A stretch of 64,000 nt of DNA from Owenia fusiformis (lineage: Eukaryota), in assembly GCA_903813345.2 (NCBI GenBank), contig CAIIXF020000001.1:45384001-45448000 (forward strand), in the 5' to 3' direction. Each line of letters begins with the position of its first letter. Position 1 is the first letter of the stretch. Of this stretch, positions 1-13,760 are shown piece by piece. A program made the translations under genes and the position numbers. Below the pieces are notes generated by a model that ran no database searches, was not told the origin of the DNA, and saw only the letters and a list, made by a program, of their open reading frames with translations.

Positions 1-1205
1 AGACATGGCTCTTATACCATGTCTGCAAGAACAAGACAATCAGATAGGTCATTGTAAAGATATGACTCTTATACCATTTCTGCAAGAACAAGACAATCAG
101 ATATGTCATTGTAAAGGCATGGCTCTTATACCATTTCTACAAGAACAAGACAATCAGATAGGTCATTGTTAAGACATTGCTCTTATACCAATTCTGCAAG
201 AACAAGACAATCAGATAGGTCATTGTAAAGACATGACTCTTATACACTTTCTACAAGAACAAGACAATCAGATATGCCATTGTAAAGACATGACTCTTAT
301 ACCATTTCTGCAAGAACGAGACAATCAGATAGGTCATTGTAAAGACATGGCTCTTATATCATTTCTACAAGAACAAGACAATCAGATAGGTCATTGCAAA
401 GTCATGGCTCTTATACCATTTCTACAAGAACAAGCTAGACAATCAGATAGGTCATTGTAAAGACATGGCTCTTATATCATTTCTACAAGAACAAGACAAT
501 CAGATAGGTCATTGCAAAGTCATGGCTCTTATACACTTTCTACAAGAACAAGACAATCAGATAGGTCATTGTAAAGACATGGCTCTTATATCATTTCTAC
601 AAGAACAAGACAATCAGATAGGTCATTGCAAAGACATGGCTCTTATACACTTTCTACAAGAACAAGACAATCAGATATGTCATTGTAAATACATGACTCT
701 TATACCATTTCTACAAGAACAAGACAATCAGATATGTCATTGTAAAGACATGGCTCTTATACCATTTCTACAAGAACAAGACAATCATATAGGTCATTGT
801 AAAGAAATGACTCTTATACCATTTCTGCAAGAACAAGACAATCAGATAGGTCATTGTAAAGAAATGACTCTGATACACTTTCTACAAGAACAAGACAATC
901 AGATATGTCATTGTAAATACATGACTCTTATACCATTTCTACAAGAACAAGACAATCAGATATGTCATTGTAAAGACATGGCTCTTATACCATTTGTACA
1001 AGAACAAGACAATCAGATAGGTCATTGCAAAGACATGGCTCTTATACACTTTCTACAAGAACAAGACAATCAGATATGTCATTGTAAATACATGACTCTT
1101 ATACCATTTCTACAAGAACAAGACAATCAGATATGTCATTGTAAAGACATGGCTCTTATACCATTTCTGCAAGAACAAGACAATCAGATAGGTCATTGTT
1201 AAGAC
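1..1205. repeat. 57-bp tandem minisatellite, about 21 copies, truncated by the window start
   Basis: Unit AGACATGGCTCTTATACCATTTCTRCAAGAACAAGACAATCAGATAKGTCATTGTAA repeats head-to-tail. It decays into degenerate GTCATTGT motifs after 1205. Confidence 0.97.
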
Positions 1206-4200
1206 ATTGCTCTGATAGCCAATGTTTCTAATGTAAATTAAAGTTATGTCAAGCTATGTCATTGTCAAAGAATAGCTCTGTCAAGACAGTCATTGTCTTG
1301 TTATGCCAATGGGAATTTTGAGGAATGGAATTTGACTAGATTTTTACATCGCTGATCTATCATATGTCATGTACAGTTTATTTTTATTTGTGGCTTTTAG
1401 ATATAGATTTACATTTTCTATATATGGCATACCATTACATATGTCACTGATTATCAAGGCATACCATTGTATGACACATGCCACTGTTGATCTATTTAGT
1501 CGAGCCCTCTCCCAAAATACTTGCTTTTCCATTATAATAGTATATCTAGTATACCACATTAAAGTGGCAATTTCTGCTATAGATCGTCCGTTTCAGCACA
1601 TGAGATGGACATCAAAATGATGCTTTACCATTGTTGATCAGTGCCATTTTTGAGATATGCCATTTTAAATGTCATAATGAACATCCAACTAATATGTCAA
1701 TGTCGAGCTAAACCCTTGCTGCCTTGCGTTTTTTACCATATCATTGCCAAGATTTGTCATTGTAAAACTATGCTATGCTAGATAAATATCAGATTCGTCC
1801 AATGTAATCATTTACACTTTTTCTATCTGAATGAGTGAGTAATAGAAATTTATTGCGTGCCTCTGGCTTGCAGGGTGAACTAATATAGAGACTATATTCT
1901 ATAATCTCAGCATGGCTGAGTAAATACCAGCAAATCCTAATAGACAATAGATTAACGATTCTAGATTAGACATTCTAGTAAAACAATGAACAAGTGGATG
2001 AGGTGATACAAGATAGTATAAGTTATCAATGTAGTGGATAAATCAAATCCTCTCCTTTCACCGAGATGGGGAAACTGGCAATTCAAAAATGTTCCATTTT
2101 TATTTGGTGATAACTGAATCAGCTAAACCTACTAAATATAGTCCCCGTTTCTATTTTTGACATAGTTTGGTGAAAATGAAAAACTATTCAAAGGGAATGA
2201 CACTATCGTGTTAAAGAAAAAAGGTCGAGTGATAACAACAATTCACCAGTTGCAACTAGATGTAGGTTTTGCCACCTCACTTGACCCTTAAACAGAACTT
2301 CACTTTGTAATCTTAATCACAATCGATTAATTGAGAAATACTTCAAGTAAACATACTTTCATTTCTTTAGCTCAGAATAAATGGAACTGCCGACATTAAT
2401 ATTGATAATTGACCTTGCAACCATCTGTTGATCCGCTAATCATTGACCATACCATTACTTTACAATACTCCTCTTCACTTCTCTTAATTTATTATTGGCA
2501 ACTTCTTATCATTCTAAAACGCTATTGATAGTCATGTACTTACGTATGCAGTTTCTCCAAGGACGTCCTTTTTAGTGTTTTATGTTTTTGGCTTCCAATA
2601 TAGGTTGATGAATCTATATCCAATAACTATGGTCGTAAAACTGTTAATCCTTCTTTGTGTTATTTTCCGTTTAGATCAGATGATGTTTCTGTGTTTCTCG
2701 ATACCAACAAGTACTTACTTCGAGTCGATTGCTTGTCAGAGGCACAGTGGGGATCTATGTACTATTTTGGCAACGTAGCCCCCTTACTTACAACCTTATC
2801 ACAGTTTTAAGTCCATAGTTCAATCTTAAGTTTTGATAATTAAACTCTTGGCATGTTGTAACTATCAATACAGTTAAATAAACTAGACCCAATGACAAGT
2901 TCTAGTTACATATTAATAAGAAAACGTGAGAATTGCACAAAGCATTTTCAGAAGACAACATGATGTTTCATTGGCGTTCATTTCAATGTCAAAAACATAT
3001 GATAAAACACAATCCAAATATACCATCTAATCCTCGAAGGCGGATTTGCCGCGGCTTCTTCTAAGTAAATGTCAGTAGTCCTAAGCCATAAGTCATTATG
3101 TAAATCGATCTGCCCAGAATACAGAATTAAGTCTTAGATCGAGAGCTTGAAAGTTGGACAGCGTGGACACTCTTTATGAGCAAATATGCAATCTATTTGT
3201 CGGATTGAAAAATCCTGCTGATAACTGTCGGGAATTGTGTTGAATTGTATTTATCAATTAAAATGTACAAAATACAACTTTCGAATCCTTAAAATAGATA
3301 GCAATGATAATCGAAGACCAGAGCCTAAATATTTAATGAAGAGAAAATAATTTGATTTGTGCTGTATGATTTTAAAACGTTTTACGAGTTCCCCTGTACA
3401 AATTCATCTTCTGACCTGCCACCTGTCATACCAGTGACAAAAACTCTCGTGATGTAAAAGAACAGTTATTAGAGTCTTGAAAGAAAAACAGACTAATTCA
3501 TTCACAAATGAAATCCGTATGCCGCCAGTTCAATAAAACTGTCTGCTGAATTGTTGGAATTTTTGCTAAAGCCGCTGTAAACACCTCCCCTAAGGATGTG
3601 AATGCAGAAAAGGGAAGGGGGGGGGGTAGCAAACAAGACAAGGTTACTGGCTGATTTTAGTTCACTTATGGAAGAGGTGTCTATCGAGAGGGTATAATGT
3701 ATAAAATATGACCTTTATAGTGTGAGGTATCCTTAGGCTAGTGATGTATTGTTCGGGAACCTCAAACAGACCCCAACAAAAGAAACCATAGCATATGCAT
3801 TTATAAATTCCTTAGAGGATGACATAACAACCCTTTAGAAAAATAGCCATGCTCTATAGTTAAGAAATATAGGCTGTGAGTAATTTCACGATGATTGAGA
3901 CTTGTCAACAGTTAATCAATACAAATGGTCTGTCTTTTTAAAAGAAAAACATAGTTTCACGATGATTGGGATTTATTTTTATAAAAGTACAGTTGATCAA
4001 TAAATTTTCCGTGGTGACAAGGATAACTGAATATTGTTCCAATCATTTCAACTTGTATTATGAAACCAGGTTCAGTGGGTTCAAACATTCTCGCTGTATT
4101 TGCAGCGTTGCCTTCATTACATATTTCCAATACTGGATATTGCGGAGTTGAGACGATTGGTCAAGGGGATCGGGAGATGTAATGTACGCTCCGACTAAAT

Positions 4201-4985
4201 TGCTTCCAATGGTATTTCTCTTTCCCGAGTAGACATAGTCCATGTTAACAGAGCCAAAAGCTCTCTTTAAGGATGCAAAATCAAACAAAGAATATAATAT
4301 CATGGGAAGCACGGTGGTTCCAGTTCGTGTGTATCCATCCCCATTTTTGTTCACATTTTAATTGATTTAAACCAAAAGTCTCGATCGTCCTTGAGCTATG
4401 AACATTCTTGCAACAAGAAGATGAAAATGAAGACAATATTTCTTTCACGAATGCCACTGTTATGTGTTCGCTGCATATTCGTCAGTTGTGCAAAACTAGA
4501 CGACTACCGATGCATGTCTCTATAGTCAGTGAACCATTACTAACGCATTAAGACAACCTGACACAGCTTTGCTGGGACAAAATGGATATTGTACACAGCT
4601 ATTTTTCAATTTTGTTTTTCTATTTGAACGAGGCAAACTTACCAGCAAGCTCGTTTTTACTTTCTTCATTATCCCTAATGTGGGCGGGGGGGGCAGGTCG
4701 GAGGACCCCCATGACACACATTTTTGTAATGCTTGTGCTCTCCTTTAGAGATAGAAGGGGTTGTGGAAACCGCAATGCCAAATCGTCGTGAATAAAAAAT
4801 TGACAAGTGTTAGTAAGCTTATATTTATAAGTAACTAACATTGTTAACATTCATTTCACATTCACAGTTCCAGTATGCCCTGGAAGCTACCAGGGGGAAG
4901 CTACAATTCAGATCGATTATATAGTTCTAACTAATTGTAAAATCATCTAAAATAGATAGAGGAGTAGTGTGGGTAGCTGATGGCA

Positions 4986-5171
4986 CAGGGGGTGGATATG
5001 GAAACTAACAAGGGGAGGGGGCAAATTTCAAGTCGGAAAAAATATTTAAGACCCAAAAAGGCCCAGTTATCTCCAAAAAAGCACATTAATCGGGGCCCTA
5101 AAAATCTGTGGGCCAACGTTTTTTTGGGCCCAGCATTTTTTCTGGGCCCATCTTTGGAGGGGGGGGCAGTG
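4986..5171 (+). mobile_element. GGGCCC-rich MITE, internally deleted copy, 5-bp TSD TGGCA
   Basis: Starts CAGGGGGTGGATATGGAAAC and ends CAGTG. TGGCA lies at 4981-4985 and 5172-5176. Homologous to 8241-8518 and 18656-18982. Confidence 0.8.
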
Positions 5172-6346
5172 TGGCAGCAGGGTAGGTTCCTTCGTATCGA
5201 AATATTGGCCTATCCCATACGACAATACTCGCTAATTGGAGGAATCTAGGAATCAAACATCTACTTAGATAGCCATAAGTTATCATTATATGGCATAGAA
5301 CTGAAATTACCCAGCCTAATATGGAGAACAAACTCGACATTCAGATATAAGATATCAATAAATTTCCATTCAACATAAGCTTGGAACCATTTTAGATCCT
5401 TTACGCCAAATTTTATTGAAGTACTAGGTTCGAATTACAGACTTGTTGTTCTTAGTCTACCAGTCTTTTTTCAAATTCAGTCATATCACCGATTCGGTGG
5501 TCAACAGGTCAAGACTAAACCCCTAATGGTAATGGTAAGAGGTCTATTTTTGGAAACCAAGGAGATATGACCTTGTGTCCAAGCATTCCCAAACTATCAC
5601 AAGTCATTATGTGACAGGTAAAGTCTATTTAGCTGATCCTAGGATGATGACATTGATGTGTCATCTCCTACTACAATTCATGAAGAGAAAGCCAGACAGA
5701 GTGGGATCAACACTTACAGCAACCTTATAAGATGTGCTCCATGTTATGACTTCATTGTCATTAATGATTGGATAGTCATGTCCAATGTGGGGCCGCCCAA
5801 CCAACACAATTACAACATTCCACAAAATATGGACATAACACGAAACTAAATGACTATTATATCATAATATGTAGGTACAATCTGAGTTGGAAAAAGATTG
5901 GCGCAAAAAGATTGGCACAAGAAATATTAGCTTTTACAAGAATATATGGAACGTGGGCGACGCGACGCCCATTATTAATGAATGTTAATCCAATGAAAAA
6001 ACTTCGGGGGCTGTGAGGAATAGGTAAAAGAAAAAAAGTAAAGAAAATTCACACACCAGGTTTACCCCAAAAGGAAACCCAATTCATAAAGGGAGCATTC
6101 CAAAAAATATTATTTTGAGCCACCCTGATACAAAGGGGAAAATTTAATACCAAGATAATTTGAACAATATATTTAGGAACAATATATTCAACCATAAAAC
6201 GTCAATATCATTCTAACATATTTAGGCAAAAGGATGTAGCCTATATCACTATAGTTTTCATTTCGTTTGGGCTGTGAAAACTTCTGAAAATCTCATTCTA
6301 TAACATGCTGGTGAGTCAGTTGCCTTGTCTGCCTCACGCCTGGCTC

Positions 6347-6805
6347 ACGGAACGTCAATGTAACAAAATGGATGAACTTCCTGGATAAGAGTTTTTTGTT
6401 TTCTCGATTTAAACTTACGTATAAGTCATGTTGCGGATTACCATTTGGCACATAGTTAGACGATATAGTCTGGCTTTTAGATATGCCCTCGGTTTGGAAT
6501 TTGATTTTTAAATAAAGCTAGAATTCATGCATTTAGACCATCGCTTTTGTTACAATCGTCAAAGTAACATACATTAGTAATATAACGGACTTTCGTCAAT
6601 GTAACAAAAGCGAGGGGCTATATAAATTGCAACTTCATTTATACAACAAATTCCAAATTGAAGAAACTTATTGAAACTAGACTATATTATTAAGTTTTAT
6701 GCCAAATTATAATCTGCAGTTTGACTTATAAGTAGGTTTAAATCGAGAAAACAGAAAACTCGTAAAGAGGAAGTTCATATCCATTTTGTTACATTGACGT
6801 TCCGT
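6347..6805. mobile_element. Foldback (palindromic) MITE, about 460 bp
   Basis: ACGGAACGTCAATGTAACAAAATGGAT at the left is the exact reverse complement of the right end, and the arms pair imperfectly for about 200 bp. A 3-bp TCA duplication is possible if the termini are CGG/CCG. Confidence 0.85.
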
Positions 6806-8240
6806 CAAAGTAACTAGTTGTGGAACAGTGTGGCTACGCCTATTGTATTAGTACTTCATATATTTGTAACTTACTGGTGATCATGTAAATTCTCTCTGTG
6901 CGGTTTTACCTTAAAGTTCTGCTTGATTATGGTATATGTAGTATGTTGGTTTGGCTATGGTGGAATTACTATTACATACACGTATGTATGATTCTCCAGA
7001 GAGCCTACATTTATATTCTAATTATAGTCGGGATAAGTAGTACATGAGCTTGATATCAACTGGATACTGATAATGAGTAAAGCAGCCCCCTATGCTGTCT
7101 TAACTAAATCTTATTCTGAAGAACAACCACTTCTAACTCCACATTCATATAATTCAGAACACAAACAAGATGCTTCTAATGCAACAGCCTTTCTTCACAT
7201 TGCTTCGTAAAGAGAGAACCTGCCAAATTAGACAATTATCACTGTTCAATGTAATAATCAGACCACTTTACGAAGAAACAGATGTAACTCACGTAATAAT
7301 CAAGTTTTTCTAAGATTTATCCTACTTTCGTTCGTTTGCCGTAAGCCCAGTTGATGTAAGTACTCAATTGCACTAAACTGTTGTTGCAGCAATGCTTTCC
7401 AATGGACTCGAAGAGGTTGAAACAAATGAATCCTTGTTGATTAAGAAGAATTAATTGAATGCTGGGGTTTCATGATCATACACTAATTATAGAATGGTCT
7501 CAAGCAAAGGGACCATGTAAAACTTGTTTTGGTTGAATAACAGACGACGTGCTGTATTACACTGTTTTATGTTTTTGGAAACCGGTTAATTACGACAGTC
7601 CCTTTCATGCCATTGAATAATTCAAAGGGTGTTGTTATTTGAGACGTAGAGGGTCATTATGCCAGAATATTCCATTAGAAAGGCCAATGTACTCACAATG
7701 GGGCCAATTTCTGTTATATCGCCAAGATGTGGATTATCGACCAACCCTAAAATCCTCATCTTGTCCAACACATTTTGTGTGTAATGGACGATACTTTATA
7801 GCATTTCATTATATTGCCCAACGATTACTGCCAATGAAAGATACTGCCAAATCAAAAACTTCCAGTCTCTAATATAGATGGCGAGGCAAAATGTCGTAAT
7901 GAAAACCCACCTCGCTCTCTCTGTATTGTTCCGGTGTCTGTGGTGAATTTCACATCTCTCTATGAAATGTACCCATAAATCTTAATAATGTCCTCCGAAT
8001 GCCCATAATCTTAAATGTCCTCCAAATGCCCATAATTTTTTAATTGTTATTTTTTAATGAAAACACAGAATGAAATTCCAGCAGAGACAATTCTATCAAA
8101 AAAAGTTGAAGTTTATGGCAGTCTGGCCCAACAGCTACATGTATTTCGCGTTTGGAATGGACGATTTGATCTAACGAAGGAAGAACACGTTTGTTCTGTT
8201 GAAAAGGAACGTGACACTGCGAAATGAACCATACCGAACC

Positions 8241-8518
8241 CAGGGGCGGATCTGGAAACCAACAAGGGGGGGGGGCAAATTTCAGGCCAGAGGAAAAAAA
8301 TTCTGGGCCCCTTAAACCCAAAAGTGGGCCCAAATTTTGAAATTTTGAGGCCCATTTTCTTCAAAATTTGGCCTGAAATTAAAAAATAAGGCCGGCCCAG
8401 TAATGACCAAAAAGGCCCACTTTTTGGAGCCTGAAGGCCTTTATTGGCTCAAAATTTTTTTGGGCCCAATTTTTTTTTCTGGGCCCCAGCCCCCCCCCCC
8501 CCCCCTAATCCGCCAGTG
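8241..8518 (+). mobile_element. GGGCCC-rich MITE, 5-bp TSD GAACC
   Basis: TIRs CAGGGGCGGAT...ATCCGCCAGTG. GAACC lies at 8236-8240 and 8519-8523. Confidence 0.9.
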
Positions 8519-9946
8519 GAACCTCAGCTGCTTTGAATGATGGCGACTTAAATTGATGTGTCTGTTGTTGATATGGCATATGGACAGAATGACCAGAATT
8601 AAAATTAGTTGAACATATGATTTCAATTTCATGTTATATTTATTCATAGTCTATAAAAATTACAATTCTAAATGAGCTGCCAATCGCTTCTTAGCATTAT
8701 AGGCTAGCTTTTACTTAATTAATTACAAAATATAGTTACATGAAATGATTCAATATGAATTTGCGACTACACACTTTACATGATGACTAGTAGAAGGATT
8801 ATGTATCCTCCATGCCTTCAATGGTTACAGCATCAGTTACTGATGTACATTAAAGATATTTAGGGAAACATATACATAACACTTTGAACATATGAAAGAG
8901 GCTGAACTTGACAGAATGGACATCGACTCGAGGCTGATATATCAATGGACAGAATGTATGGTCAGAATTAAAGAGAGGATGGCGAAATACAATGACATAT
9001 TAGAGAAGGGCACATACTTGAGCAAATACTTTATTGCCACAATAATTTGAACACTTCAAAACGTGCCAGGAACCAACGGATGATCGGCTGCATCGTCTCA
9101 GTTATGTTTAGATCTAATACCTTTATTTAAATAAATTATTTTTGATAGCATTTTAGCTGATTCATATCATTGTAATGAATAAAATAAGATTTTCATAAAG
9201 AGCTTGAATTTTTATTTTACTTGAAATTTTTTCCTTTGCTATCCAGGGCAATGCTGTTAAGTTCACGCTGTTGCAACGTTTACAACCATGCCTTTCTTAC
9301 GTCAAATCACCTACTCTGTCAGTGTCCGAATACAATAGTCTCGAGGATAATGAATCATCTATCATCAACAGAGCTCGAGTGCTTCTGTTACCTAGCTCAT
9401 CATAGCATGATACCAAATCAAGCGCTAAAATGTGCTTATAGTGAAACAAGGGTGGGTTGAACATCAATGTCAAGGGAGAGGTACCTATTTTACCATGCTA
9501 CATCAGCATTTTATTTCGCATCTTTAAGTACGGGTACATGAGGTAAGAACCTTGAATTGGTAAGCTGGAAGCTTGTTCTTATCCCTCACTCACAATAATC
9601 ACGGAGAGCAACGTTACACACCGTTTTTTCCGATGTACCACGTGACGGTCGAAATAAAATGACGGACATGTTGCCCTATGAGAATAAAAATGTCCCAAAT
9701 CACATTTTTGTGAAACTGAGGTTTTTGAAAGTTTAGGCATCTGTAACTTCAATACTATCTATCTGTTATTTACATTTTTTTAATCAAATTTTTGTGTATA
9801 TACACTAAAGAATTCATGAATTTTAAGATTTTCTAAGCCAATTTTTGAGCATATGAAAAAAGGAGATAGGACAATTCAATTCCGAGTTTTTCGTTACATC
9901 GAACGATTAAAGCTGAGCTATGTCCATTTTGCTAGTCTAAATGCTA

Positions 9947-10923
9947 TAGGGTGACAAAAAAACCACTTAACCCACTTAAGTCTTAATAACGTCGTCAATT
10001 ATGCATATTAAGCTTAGTTATTTAGTACATGTATAGTCAACTGAATGTATGACAAAATGTTAAAGTTTTAGCATTCTAGCTCAATAAATCTTAAAATGAG
10101 GCACGATTAGATAATGTGCTCCAAATGTGCACCACCACGTTGGATGCAGAGCTGGATTCTTCTTGCAAAATGGTCAATGACCCGACTGCATTCATCTCTG
10201 TCTATCTCTCTAATTAGTCTTCCAATGTTGAGTTTGAGGTAATCAATGGTCAGTGGACTATCTGTATACACATTATCCTAGAGATACCCCACCACAAATA
10301 AAAATGTGGGGGTTCAAATCAGGGGAGTGGGGGGGGGGCAGATGTGGCGGGTATGGTGACTGATTAATTAATCACCATAGTGAGCCTGAAGCCATTGAAT
10401 GGACTCATTTGAGGTATGGGGAGTGGCACCATCTTGTTGGAACCATTGCTGGTCCCTTCTCAAGTCACATCGTCTACCCAGCGCTGTCCAAAACTTTTGA
10501 ACGTTAGGGATGTAACGTTCTGAGTTGACTGTTGAGTTGTCTTGAGTTCTGACAGACCTCTCTCCCCGCATAGGTTGGTTTACCATCACTTTTCTTCTTT
10601 GTTGGTTTTACAGTTCCTTCTGTTTCAAACTTCTGTACAAGTCTAAAGATCTGTGACTTGCAAGGGGCTCTTCTTGCCCTGTGATCTCTCCTATAGGCAG
10701 TTTGTGTCTCTTTATAGGATTTTGTCTCGATATACTTTCTCACAATATAAGTCTTTTCTTCTGTCGCCCATGGCATGATTAATATCTAAGCTACAGTACT
10801 AGTTATGGTGTCATTTTGTCATGCATTCAGTCTAGTTTCTACCCTGAAGAAATGAAGAATGTATGTATTATTCTTTTCGAGAAATTTGATGATTTATGGG
10901 TTCCAGTTTTTTTTGTCACCCTG
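9947..10923 (-). mobile_element. Internally deleted Tc1/mariner-superfamily DNA transposon (DD41D-like)
   Basis: TIRs (C/T)AGGGTGACAAAAAAA with TA on both flanks, enclosing a transposase remnant. Confidence 0.9.
10107..10776 (-). pseudogene. Disrupted Tc1/mariner transposase
   Basis: N-terminal HTH region (MPWATEEKTYIVRKY...KFETEGTV) is fused by a deletion to TVNSERY...WFQQDGATPHT...PPHSPDLNP...GYL...RRIQLCIQRGGAHLEHII*. It has in-frame stops and frameshifts, and the first catalytic Asp region is missing. Confidence 0.9.
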
Positions 10924-11979
10924 TATTTTCAATGGACACAAATTTCTCTATTCGTTTTTTTTTCAAAAAGAAATTCAAATCACAGTTTAAAATTGTAATA
11001 TAATAATTGGTTAAAGTGACACATAGAACAAAGTTAAATTGTATTTTTGAATTTTTTATGGAGTACAAATTGACACTGAAAAGCATGCTATTGAGAGGAG
11101 ATAGAGGTAAGGAAATATCACAGTAAGAAATTTGATAATATCGATAAATGTTTTTTATTATATAGTCCCTGGTAAATGCATCATTTCTAGAATTTGTCTT
11201 TCATTTGCATACTTGCAATATAAAAATCATAGCTTGTGCAATTTCTCGTCACTTGAATAAGTAAATAATGCAGATGCTCAATATGCAATGGTGCGGATCA
11301 ACAAACATGGGCTTTTCATATCGACGTAACATATTGCATATCATACTGTGTGGAACATTTTCCATTATCTCCAATTAATAGCTTAGATGGTGTCCAAGGG
11401 ATCGAAATGATTAATTACAACTGTACTGATTTGACAGATATGACGTCATGGTTCACAAAATGACGTAATGTATGATCAGTTCATTTACAGACGAATTGGA
11501 CAATCACAAGAAATATTAAATCTTCTTAAATCAAACAGCCACTGACAGTACAGACATTCACAGCATAATAAAAGTCATTTAGAAAATTGGAAAGTGTCTA
11601 ATATAAGGAACTTGATAGTGTTGTCCAGATGATATGTATGGTTATATAAGTCTCGTAAATAAACTTTAGTATGACGTTTCTCAATAAAGGTTGAGGTTAT
11701 AACCAATAAAACAATTTGCCATCAAAGTAGACAGTATGCCAATTAACTAATACGACCAAATGTCAATGGCCAGATTAGGGGTATTAGTAGTACTGTATAC
11801 GCAGAGTGAACTGGGACTGTGGGATCAATATCCTCAATGACAGCGTTTTCCTAGATCTCATTACCGTGTTTTACCAATCATTACTGATACCATTCCAAGG
11901 ATGTAAATGTATTAACAACAACACTCACAAGCAAGATTCTAAAAATATAACCTGCAATCACTGCCACTTACTAGACTGG

Positions 11980-13760
11980 AACCAACAATCACTGACATTA
12001 TTCCAAAACTGTAACAAACAATCACTGAAATTATTCCAAGGCTATAACCAACAATCACTGACATTATTCCAAAACTGTAACTAAGAATGACTGAAATTAT
12101 TCCAAGGCTATAACCAACAATCACTGACATTATTTCAAAACTGTAACTAAGAATGACTGAAATTATTCCAAGGCTATAACCAACAATCACTGACATTATT
12201 CCAAAACTGTAACTAAGAATCACTGAAATTATTCCAAGGCTATAACCAACAATCACCGACACTATTCCAAAACTGTAACTAACAATCACTGATATTATTC
12301 CAAGGCTATAACCAACAATCACTGACAATATTCCAAAACTGTAACAAACAATCACTGAAATTATTCCAAGGCTATAACCAACAATCACCGACATTATTCT
12401 AAAACTGTAACTAGCAATCACTGGTATTATTCCACGGCTATAACCAACAATCACCGATACTATTCCAAAACTGTAACTAACAATCACTGATATTATTCCA
12501 AGGCTATAACCAACAATCACTGACACTATTCCAAAACTGTTACTAAGAATCACTGAAATTATTCCAAGGCTATAACCAACTATCACTGACACTATTCCAA
12601 AACTGTAACTAACAATCACTGATATTATTCCAAGGCTATAACCAACAATCACTGACACTATTCCAAAACTGTAACTAAGAATCACTGAAATTATTCCAAG
12701 GCTATAACCAACTATCACTGACACTATTCCAAAACTGTAACTAACAATCACTGATATTATTCCAAGGCTATAACCAACAATCACTGACATTATTCCAAAA
12801 CTGTAACTAGCAACACTGGTATTATTCCACGGCTATAACCAACAATCACCGATACTATTCCAAAACTGTAACTAACAATCACTGATATTATTCCAAGGCT
12901 ATAACCAACAATCACTGACAATATTCCAAAACTGTAACTAAGAATCACTGAAATTATTCCAAGGCTATAACCAACTATCACCGACATTATTCTAAAACTG
13001 TAACTAGCAATCACTGGTATTATTCCACGGCTATAACCAACAATCACCGATACTATTCCAAAACTGTAACTAACAATCACTGATATTATTCCAAGGCTAT
13101 AACCAACAATCACTGACACTATTCCAAAACTGTAACTAACAATCACTGAAATTATTCCAAGGCTATAACCAACAATCACCGACATTAATTATTCTAGAAC
13201 TGTAACTAACTATCACTGGTATTATTCCAAGGCTATAACCAACAATCACAGACACCATTCCAAAACTGTAACTAACTATCACTGATATTATTCCAAGGCT
13301 ATAACCAACAATCACTGACACTATTCCAAAACTGTAACTTACAATCACTGATATAATTCCAAGGCTATAACCAACTATCACCGACATTAATTATTCTAGA
13401 ACTGTAACTAACAATCACTGATATTATTCCAAGGCTATAACCAACAATCACTGACAATATTCCAAAACTGTAACTAAGAATCACTGAAATTATTCCAAGG
13501 CTATAACCAACTATCACCGACATTATTCTAAAACTGTAACTAGCAATCACTGGTATTATTCCAAGGCTATAACCAACAATCACTGACACTATTCCAAAAC
13601 TGTAACTAACAATCACTGATATTATTCCAAGGCTATAACCAACTATCACTGACACTATTCCAAAACTGTAACTAACAATCACTGATATTATTCCAAGGCT
13701 ATAACCAACTATCACTGACACTATTCCAAAACTGTAACTAACAATCACTGATGTAATTTC
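11980..13760. repeat. 33-bp minisatellite organised as a 66-bp A/B dimer, about 27 dimers
   Basis: CCAACAATCACTGACAYTATTCCAAAACTGTAA alternates with CTAASAATCACTGAWATTATTCCAAGGCTATAA. Confidence 0.97.

Noticed and set aside
233..1202. Repetitive ORFs (MALIPFLQEQDNQIGHCKD)n
   Set aside because: By-product of a 57-bp (3n) tandem unit. Frame-breaking indels near 170 and 435 and the lack of non-repetitive flanking coding sequence argue against a protein.
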